NCBI GenBank assembly: GCA_963718235.1
Contig: CAVQYR010000001.1
Location: 864,001-928,000, forward strand
DNA from: an uncultured Actinomycetota bacterium
GTDB taxonomy: Bacteria > Actinomycetota > Actinomycetes > JAHEKZ01
Length of the DNA: 64,000 bases
Reading direction: 5' to 3'
Below, one piece after another: positions 56,833 to 64,000 of this stretch (positions are counted from its first letter, which is position 1; every line of letters begins with the position of its first letter). The position numbers and the translations under genes were made by a program. The notes under the pieces were generated by a model that was not told where the DNA came from, did no database searches, and saw only the letters and a list, made by a program, of their open reading frames with translations.

Positions 56833-57246
56833 ATGGAACTGTCAGCAGCCCTCGCGTTCGCGACCGGCTACCAGAAGGGGACCCTGGTGACGATCCGACG
56901 GGACGGCCGGCCCCAGGTCTCCAACGTCCTCTACGTCCTGGACGGCGACTCGGTCTCGATGTCGGTGACCGCCGACCGGGCCAAGACCCGCAACCTGCAG
57001 CGCGACCCCCGGGCCTGCCTGCACGTCACCGACGAGACCTTCTGGAAGTACGTCGTCCTCGACGGCACGGTGACGCTGAGCCCCCCGGCGACCGACCCGG
57101 GCGACCCCACGGTCGAGGCCCTGATCGCCTACTACCGGCGCTCGAACGGCGAGCACCCCGACTGGGACGACTACCGGGCGGCGATGGTGGCAGAGCGCAG
57201 GCTGGTCGCCACGCTCGAGGTGACCTCCGCCTACGGCCAGGTCTAG
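56833..57246 (+). CDS. PPOX-class F420-dependent oxidoreductase
   Basis: LVTIRRDGRPQVSNV, RAKTRNL.RDPR, EHPDWDDYRAAM. Confidence 0.9.
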   Translation: MELSAALAFATGYQKGTLVTIRRDGRPQVSNVLYVLDGDSVSMSVTADRAKTRNLQRDPRACLHVTDETFWKYVVLDGTVTLSPPATDPGDPTVEALIAYYRRSNGEHPDWDDYRAAMVAERRLVATLEVTSAYGQV

Positions 57247-57389
57247 GAAGCGGTGCCGCCCCTCCCGACGGGAGGCACCCGAGCGGCGTAATCGGGGGAC
57301 CGGACGGTGGGGTCCGCCCCCGTGGTCGGCCCGCCAACCGGTAGCCTCATACTCCGGCCAAGCAGGGCATGGACGGGAGCGCAGGTTCG

Positions 57390-60300
57390 ATGCTGAGCAA
57401 GCTGGACGACGCCAAGATCGACCTGATCGAACGCGCTGTGGAGCGGGCCGACGGCCCCGGGCGCGACGAGCTGGCCGCCTACCTCGACGCCTTCTACCGG
57501 CACATCGCCCCCGAGGACCTCATCGGGCGCGAGCCGGCCGACATCCTGGGGGCCCCGGTCTCGGTCCGCCGGCTGGCGGCCGACCGACCGGTGGGCACGG
57601 CCAAGGTCCATGCGTTCACCCCAACCGTCGACGAGCACAGCTGGTCCAGCGGCCACACGGTGGTCGAGGTCGTCACCGACGACATGCCGTTCCTCGTCGA
57701 CTCGGTCACCTCCTCGCTGTCGCAGCTCGGCCTGTCGATGCACCTGCTGGTCCACCCGCAGTTCGCCGTCCGCCGGTCGCTGTCCGGTGAGCTGCAGGAG
57801 CTGCTGACCAGTCCCGACGCCCGCTACGAGCCAGGCGTCACGCCCGAGTCGTGGATGCATGTCGAGGTCGACCGGGTGAGCGACCCGGCGGTCCTCCAGC
57901 GGATCGAGTCGTCGCTGCACTCGGTGCTCACCGACGTCCGTGAGTCCGTCGAGGACTGGGCGAAGATGCGTGAGGCGGCGCTGCGCACCGCTGACGAGCT
58001 CGCCTCCGCACCTCCGGTCGGTATCGCCGAGTCCGAGGTGGCCGACGCCTGGGACCTGCTGCGCTGGCTGGTCGACGACCACTTCACGTTCCTGGGCTAC
58101 CGCGAGTACACCCTCGAGCGCCGCGACGACGAGGACGTCCTGGCCACCGTGCCGGGCAGCGGACTGGGCCTGCTCCGCGGTGACCGCACCGAGTCGGCGT
58201 CCTTCAGCAAGCTGCCCGTCGAGGTTCGGGCCCGAGCCCGTGAGCCGCGGGTCCTCGTGCTCACCAAGGCCAACAGCCGCTCCACGGTCCACCGACCGGC
58301 CTACCTGGACTACGTGGGCATCAAGACCTTCGACGACCAGGGCCACGTGGTCGGTGAACGCCGGTTCCTCGGCCTGTTCACGGCGAACTCCTACAGCGAG
58401 AGCGTCATGCGGATCCCGGTGCTGCGCCGCAAGGTCAAGGCGGTCGTGGAGGCGTCGGGCTTCGAGCCGATGAGCCACAGCGGCAAGGACCTCCTGCAGA
58501 TCCTCGAGACCTACCCGCGCGACGAGCTGTTCCAGATGAGCGCCGAGGAGCTGCTGCCCGTCGTCACCTCCGTGATGCACCTGCAGGAGCGGCGTCAGGT
58601 CAGGCTCTTCCTTCGCCCCGACGTGTACGGCCGGTTCGTGTCGGCGATGGTCTACCTGCCCCGAGACCGCTACACCACGCAGGTGCGCAAGGAGATGGAG
58701 CGCATCCTGTCCGAGGTCTACCACGCGGAGAGCGTCGACTACACGGCGAGAGTCTCGGAGTCGGTGCTGGCGCGGCTCCACTTCGTCGTGCGAACGCCTG
58801 CCGGCGAGCCGCTGCCCGAGCTCGACTTCGAGGCGCTGGAGCAGCGGCTCGCGCAGTCGACCCGTACCTGGGACGACGACCTGGCCGACGCGACGCTGGA
58901 GGCGCTGGGCGAAGAGGCCGCGGTGCCGCTGCTGCGCACGTTCGGCGGAGCCTTCCCCGAGGCGTACAAGGAGGACTTCGACGCCCGCACTGCGGTGGCC
59001 GACCTGAAGCGTGTCGTGGCGCTGGCGCCCGGCGGCGACATGGCGATGAACCTCTACCAGCCGACCGACGCCCAGCCCGGCGAGCGTCGGTTCAAGATCT
59101 ACCGCTCGGGGTCGGACATCTCGCTGTCGGAGGTGCTCCCGGTCCTGCAGCGGATGGGGGTCGAGGTCACCGACGAGCGGCCGTACGAGATCGAGCCCTC
59201 CGGCCAGGCCCCGGTGTGGCTGTACGACTTCGGCCTGGTCCACCACGGCAGCGGCGACATCGACGTGCCGAACGAACAGCTGCGGCTGCTCTTCCAGGAC
59301 GCCTTCGCCGCGGCGTGGCAGGGACGGGCGGAGGCCGACGGCTTCAACGCGCTGGTCCTTCGGGCCGGGCTCACCTGGCGCGAGGCCATGGTGCTGCGGG
59401 CCTACGCGAAGTACCTGCGCCAGACCGGCTCGACGTTCAGCCAGGAGTACATCGAGCAGGCGCTGTCGGCCAACCTGTCGATCACCCGGACCCTCGTCGA
59501 GCTGTTCGAGGCCCGGCTCGACCCGGCCTTCGCCGGCGACCGCGAGGCCGTCGCGACCGAGCTCACCGCGCGGGTCGTGACCGCGCTGGACGCCGTCCGC
59601 AGCCTTGACCAGGACCGGATCGTCCGGTCGCTGCTGGCCGCCATCAACGCCACGCTGCGCACGAACTACTACCAGCGTGACTCCGACGGGCGGCCCAAGG
59701 GCTACGTGTCGTTCAAGCTGAACCCACTGGCGATCCCCGACCTGCCCGCGCCGCGGCCGCGCTTCGAGATCTGGGTCTACTCGCCGCGGGTCGAGGGGGT
59801 GCACCTGCGCTTCGGCGCGGTGGCCCGAGGCGGGTTGCGCTGGTCGGACCGACGCGAGGACTTCCGAACCGAGGTGCTCGGCCTGGTGAAGGCGCAGGCG
59901 GTGAAGAACGCGGTGATCGTGCCCGGAGGTGCGAAGGGGGGCTTCGTCCCCAAGCACCTCCCTGACCCGACTGTGGCCGGTCGGGAGGCGTGGCTGGCCG
60001 AGGGCGTCGCCTCGTACCAGACCTTCATCTGCGCGCTGCTCGACATCACCGACAACCTCGTCGACGGCGCGGTGATCCCGCCCAAGGACGTCGTGCGCCA
60101 TGACGGGGACGACCCCTACCTGGTCGTGGCCGCCGACAAGGGCACGGCCACCTTCTCCGACATCGCCAACGGGATCGCCCAGTCGTACGGCTACTGGCTG
60201 GGCGACGCCTTCGCGTCGGGTGGTTCGGTCGGGTACGACCACAAGGCGATGGGCATCACCGCGCGCGGCGCCTGGGAGTCGGTCAAGCGTCACTTCCGCG

Positions 60301-62249
60301 AGATGGGGGTCGACACCCAGAGCCAGGAGTTCACCGTCGTCGGCATCGGGGACATGTCCGGTGACGTGTTCGGCAACGGCATGCTCCTGTCCGAGCACAT
60401 CCGCCTGGTCGCCGCGTTCGACCATCGGCACATCTTCCTCGACCCGGGCGCCGAGGCGGCCGCGTCGTTCAAGGAGCGCCGGCGCCTGTTCGACCTGCCG
60501 CGCTCCAGCTGGGACGACTACGACCGCAGCCTGATCTCCGAGGGCGGCGGGGTCTTCCCGCGCACGCTGAAGTCGGTGCCGATCGCCCCGCAGGTCGCCG
60601 AGTCCCTGGGGCTGTCCGAAGATGTGACGGCGCTGACCCCGACCCAGCTGATGCACGCCGTCCTGACCGCCCCGGTCGACCTGTTCTGGAACGGGGGGAT
60701 CGGCACCTACGTCAAGGCCGACAGCGAGTCCAACGGCGACGTCGGCGACAAGGCCAACGACGCCATCCGGATCAACGGCGGCGAGCTGCGGGTCAAGGTC
60801 GTGGGCGAGGGCGGCAACCTGGGGTTCACCCAGCTCGGACGGGTCGAGGCAGCCCAGGCGGGCGTGCGGATCAACACCGACGCCATCGACAACAGCGCGG
60901 GCGTCGACACCTCAGACCACGAGGTGAACATCAAGATCCTGCTCGATGCGGTCGTGCGCTCGGGCGACCTCACCGCCAAGCAGCGCAACGAGCTGCTCGC
61001 CGAGATGACCGACGACATCGCGGCGCACGTGCTGCGCGACAACTACGAGCAGAACGTGCTCCTGGGCAACGCGAGGGTGCAGGCGCACTCGATGCTCTCG
61101 GTGCACAAGCGGTTCATCCGCCAGATGGAGGAGCACGGCGAGCTCGACCGTGAGCTGGAGTTCCTGCCCTCGGACGCCGAGATCGACCATCGTGACGCCC
61201 TCGGCGGCGGGCTCACGTCGCCGGAGTTCTCGGTGCTCCTCGCGTACGCCAAGATGACCCTGGCCGACGACCTGCTCGAGTCGAGCCTCCCCGACGAGCC
61301 GTACTTCGCCCGGCAGCTGACCTCGTACTTCCCGCCTGCACTGGTGCAGCGGTACGCCGACCGGCTCGACCAGCACCCCCTTCGCCGCCAGATCATCACC
61401 ACCGTGTTCGTCAACGAGATGATCAACCGCGGGGGGATCACCTTCACCTTCCGCGCGGGTGAGGAGGCGGGTGCGACTCCGGTCGAGATCGCCCGCGCCT
61501 ACGCGGTGGCCCGGGACGTGTTCGGGCTCGACGCGTTCTGGCGCCGGGTCGAGCAGCTGGACAACGTCGTCCCGACGGCCGCCCAGTCCGCGGTCTACCT
61601 CGAGACCCGACGGTTGCTCGACCGCGCCACGCGGTGGGTCATGCAGAACCGGCGGTCCCTGGTCGACGTCGAGGCCGAGATCGACCACCTCGCCGCGATC
61701 CGGGAGCTGGCGCCGCTGATCCCGCAGATGCTGCGCGGTGCAGAACGTGAGCGGCTGGACCGCCGAGCGGCCGACTACGTCGAACGTGGGATCCCGCCGG
61801 AGCTGGCGGAGGAGACGGCGGCACACCTGGATGCCTTCTCGCTGCTGGACGTCGTCGAGCTGGCCAACTCCACGGGGCAGCCGGCGGAGGAGATCGGCTA
61901 CATCTACTTCGCGCTGTCCGACCGCTTCGAGGTCGACCGGATGCTCAACCGGATCACGGCGCTGCCCCGCGACGAGCGCTGGCACGCCCTGGCCCGGATG
62001 GCGCTGCGCTACGACCTCTACAGCGCACTGGCCGGACTGACCGCCAACGTGCTCGCGGTGACCCCTCCGGGCGGGACCCCCGAGGAGCGGATCGAGGCCT
62101 GGGAGGCCGCCAACGGCGAAGGCCTGCAGCGGGCCCGCAACACCCTGCACGAGATCGGCTCGGGCGACACGTTCGACCTGGCGACGCTGTCGGTCGCCCT
62201 TCGGGTCATCCGCACACTCGTCTCGACGGGGTCCCAGATCCGCAACTGA
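57390..62249 (+). CDS. gdh: Large NAD-specific glutamate dehydrogenase
   Basis: DDMPFLVDS, ARGGLRWSDR, AKGGF, VVAADKGTA, GIGDMSGDVFGNG, EGGNLG, SDHEVNIKI. Confidence 0.97.
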   Translation: MLSKLDDAKIDLIERAVERADGPGRDELAAYLDAFYRHIAPEDLIGREPADILGAPVSVRRLAADRPVGTAKVHAFTPTVDEHSWSSGHTVVEVVTDDMPFLVDSVTSSLSQLGLSMHLLVHPQFAVRRSLSGELQELLTSPDARYEPGVTPESWMHVEVDRVSDPAVLQRIESSLHSVLTDVRESVEDWAKMREAALRTADELASAPPVGIAESEVADAWDLLRWLVDDHFTFLGYREYTLERRDDEDVLATVPGSGLGLLRGDRTESASFSKLPVEVRARAREPRVLVLTKANSRSTVHRPAYLDYVGIKTFDDQGHVVGERRFLGLFTANSYSESVMRIPVLRRKVKAVVEASGFEPMSHSGKDLLQILETYPRDELFQMSAEELLPVVTSVMHLQERRQVRLFLRPDVYGRFVSAMVYLPRDRYTTQVRKEMERILSEVYHAESVDYTARVSESVLARLHFVVRTPAGEPLPELDFEALEQRLAQSTRTWDDDLADATLEALGEEAAVPLLRTFGGAFPEAYKEDFDARTAVADLKRVVALAPGGDMAMNLYQPTDAQPGERRFKIYRSGSDISLSEVLPVLQRMGVEVTDERPYEIEPSGQAPVWLYDFGLVHHGSGDIDVPNEQLRLLFQDAFAAAWQGRAEADGFNALVLRAGLTWREAMVLRAYAKYLRQTGSTFSQEYIEQALSANLSITRTLVELFEARLDPAFAGDREAVATELTARVVTALDAVRSLDQDRIVRSLLAAINATLRTNYYQRDSDGRPKGYVSFKLNPLAIPDLPAPRPRFEIWVYSPRVEGVHLRFGAVARGGLRWSDRREDFRTEVLGLVKAQAVKNAVIVPGGAKGGFVPKHLPDPTVAGREAWLAEGVASYQTFICALLDITDNLVDGAVIPPKDVVRHDGDDPYLVVAADKGTATFSDIANGIAQSYGYWLGDAFASGGSVGYDHKAMGITARGAWESVKRHFREMGVDTQSQEFTVVGIGDMSGDVFGNGMLLSEHIRLVAAFDHRHIFLDPGAEAAASFKERRRLFDLPRSSWDDYDRSLISEGGGVFPRTLKSVPIAPQVAESLGLSEDVTALTPTQLMHAVLTAPVDLFWNGGIGTYVKADSESNGDVGDKANDAIRINGGELRVKVVGEGGNLGFTQLGRVEAAQAGVRINTDAIDNSAGVDTSDHEVNIKILLDAVVRSGDLTAKQRNELLAEMTDDIAAHVLRDNYEQNVLLGNARVQAHSMLSVHKRFIRQMEEHGELDRELEFLPSDAEIDHRDALGGGLTSPEFSVLLAYAKMTLADDLLESSLPDEPYFARQLTSYFPPALVQRYADRLDQHPLRRQIITTVFVNEMINRGGITFTFRAGEEAGATPVEIARAYAVARDVFGLDAFWRRVEQLDNVVPTAAQSAVYLETRRLLDRATRWVMQNRRSLVDVEAEIDHLAAIRELAPLIPQMLRGAERERLDRRAADYVERGIPPELAEETAAHLDAFSLLDVVELANSTGQPAEEIGYIYFALSDRFEVDRMLNRITALPRDERWHALARMALRYDLYSALAGLTANVLAVTPPGGTPEERIEAWEAANGEGLQRARNTLHEIGSGDTFDLATLSVALRVIRTLVSTGSQIRN

Positions 62250-62287
62250 CCGGGGCTCCACGGGCCGGGATGGGCCAGGATGGGCCC

Positions 62288-63487
62288 ATGGCCTTCGACG
62301 TGGCGCGGATCCGCGCGCTCTACCCAGCCCTGCAGTCCGGCACCGTGTACCTCGACGGAGCCGCCGGCACCCAGTCCCCGACCTCGGTCATCGAGGCGAT
62401 CGCGGACGCCTACCGCCGGGGAACCAGCAACGCCGGTGGCTTCTTCGACGCGAGCCTGCGGGCCGACTACGACACGGCGGCCGCTCGGGAGGCGGTCGCC
62501 GACCTGGTGAACGGCGGGGCCGATGGGGTCGTCCTCGGGCCGAACATGACGACCTTGACCTACCGGATGGCCCAGGCGCTCGCGGAGACGTGGCGGGTGG
62601 GGGAGAGCATCGTGGTGTCCCGGCTCGACCACGACGCCAACGTGCGACCGTGGGTGCAGTGGGCGCACCGGGCCGGGGTCGAGGTGCGCTGGGCCGCGGT
62701 GGACCTGGCCACGGGAGAGCTCCCGACGCAGCAGTACCGCGACCTCGTCGACGGCGGCACCCGACTGGTCGCGGTGACCGCGGCCAGCAACGTCCTCGGC
62801 ACGCGTCCCGACGTCCGGGCGATCACCGACCTGGCTCACGCATCCGGTGCACTGGCCTACGTCGACGGGGTGCACGCCACGGCGCACGGTGTGGTCGACG
62901 TCGTCAAGCTCGGTGCCGACTTCTACGCCACCAGCGCCTACAAGTGGGACGGGCCGCATGTCGGGTGCGTGGTGGCCGCGCCCGAGCTGCTCGAGACGCT
63001 GCGCCCGTTCAAGCTGGCGTCGTCGGCCAACGACGTGCCCGACCGGTACGAGTGGGGGACACCGTCGTTCCACAACTACGCAGGGGTGGCGGCAGCGGTC
63101 GACCACCTCGCGGGACTGGACGACGCCGCGTCCGGCTCGCGTCGTGAGCGACTGGTCACCTCGCTTCGGGCCGCGGAGCAGCATGAGCACGCCCTGTTCA
63201 AGAGGATGCTGGCTACGCTCGAGTCCGATCCGCGCGTGACCCTGTACGGCAAGGCGGCCCACCGCACCGCGACGGTCTACTTCCGGGTCGAGGGGTTCAG
63301 CCCCGACGACGTGGCCCGGGCGCTGGCCGCACAGGACATCAACGTGTGGAGCGGGCACAACTACGCCTGGGAGGTCACTGCGGCGCTGGGGATCCGCGAC
63401 ACCGGGTCGGCGGTGCGTGCGAGCCTGGCCCACTACACCGACGACGACGACGTGGACCGCTTCCTGGCCGCCGTGCAGGCGCTGTGA
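62288..63487 (+). CDS. Cysteine desulfurase-like class V PLP aminotransferase
   Basis: YLDGAAGT, LDHDANVRPW, VDGVH, SAYKW.GPH (PLP lysine). Confidence 0.9.
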   Translation: MAFDVARIRALYPALQSGTVYLDGAAGTQSPTSVIEAIADAYRRGTSNAGGFFDASLRADYDTAAAREAVADLVNGGADGVVLGPNMTTLTYRMAQALAETWRVGESIVVSRLDHDANVRPWVQWAHRAGVEVRWAAVDLATGELPTQQYRDLVDGGTRLVAVTAASNVLGTRPDVRAITDLAHASGALAYVDGVHATAHGVVDVVKLGADFYATSAYKWDGPHVGCVVAAPELLETLRPFKLASSANDVPDRYEWGTPSFHNYAGVAAAVDHLAGLDDAASGSRRERLVTSLRAAEQHEHALFKRMLATLESDPRVTLYGKAAHRTATVYFRVEGFSPDDVARALAAQDINVWSGHNYAWEVTAALGIRDTGSAVRASLAHYTDDDDVDRFLAAVQAL

Positions 63488-63514
63488 TGGCCGCTGCGGC
63501 GCCGGCTGGTCGAG

Positions 63515-64000
63515 CTACTGGCGACTTACCGTCGTGAGCCCGGCGTCGGCGCGCAGGGCGGTGAGCAGGCGGTCGTGCCGTCCGTGCTGCAAGTCGCCGA
63601 TCGGGTCGTCGGTGTAGCGGGCGAGCACGTCCAGCGGCAGGCTGAACGCGGCGCGCATGGCGAGCAGCCGCTGCCGCTCAGGGTCGCCGTCGTCGAACAG
63701 CATCCGCTCGCCGAGCTCGGCGGTGCGCACCTGCCGGACCCGCTTCGGCAGGTAGGAGACCAGCAGCACCGCGGCCGGGAGCAGGAAGACCAGCCAGCCT
63801 GCGAGGAGCGCCACCCGGTGGATCGCCTGCTCACCCTGCTCCCCCAGTGAGACGACGTTCCCCCCGGTGGCGTCACTGGCACTGGTCAGCGCATCACTCA
63901 GTGCGCCACCGATGACCGGGACGCCGTCGACTGCGTCGGCCACCGAGGAGAACCCGCCCTGGACCGACTGGCCGGCGTCTTGGACCCCCAGGGCCAGCGA
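63515..64000 (-). CDS. Hypothetical membrane protein (5'-truncated by window)
   Basis: VPVIGG.L, TM LAGWLVFLLP, YLP.R, LLAMRA; frame runs off the window end. Confidence 0.7.
   Translation of the reverse strand, partial: SLALGVQDAGQSVQGGFSSVADAVDGVPVIGGALSDALTSASDATGGNVVSLGEQGEQAIHRVALLAGWLVFLLPAAVLLVSYLPKRVRQVRTAELGERMLFDDGDPERQRLLAMRAAFSLPLDVLARYTDDPIGDLQHGRHDRLLTALRADAGLTTVSRQ

Noticed and set aside
57252-57281. Hairpin after the PPOX gene (and the palindrome after whiB near 14064-14079) as terminators
   Set aside because: GC-rich stems without a U-tract; plausible but not supportable in DNA of this composition

Overview
High-GC actinobacterial chromosome segment, mostly core genome. Gene order: mannose-1-P guanylyltransferase (partial), AlkA-like glycosylase, DUF222-HNH endonuclease, F420 genes (fbiB, fbiA, fbiC) interrupted by a two-component pair, an OafA-like acyltransferase and a methyltransferase, then whiB, a GT2/DUF5719 cluster, pmm, pgi/pmi, ahcY, a MoxR/DUF58 cluster, mtrAB-lpqB, comF, the raiA-motif RNA, hpf, secA, a BldC/Xis-like HTH with SAF and CpaE-like genes, WS/DGAT, pruA, the large NAD-GDH and a cysteine desulfurase-like gene. 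About seven genes carry apparent frameshifts, mostly in G/C runs and probably sequencing errors. The most interesting signals are: (1) a PafBC-type damage promoter followed by a ~160-nt structured, internally repeated RNA leader upstream of the DUF222-HNH gene; (2) a 14-bp tandem array forming a chain of ATGA-coupled MTERR minigenes; (3) a helically phased operator-like array near a BldC/Xis-like gene; (4) a sigma28-like promoter in front of an orphan Zn-ribbon gene. All calls were made by eye; no searches or folding programs were run.
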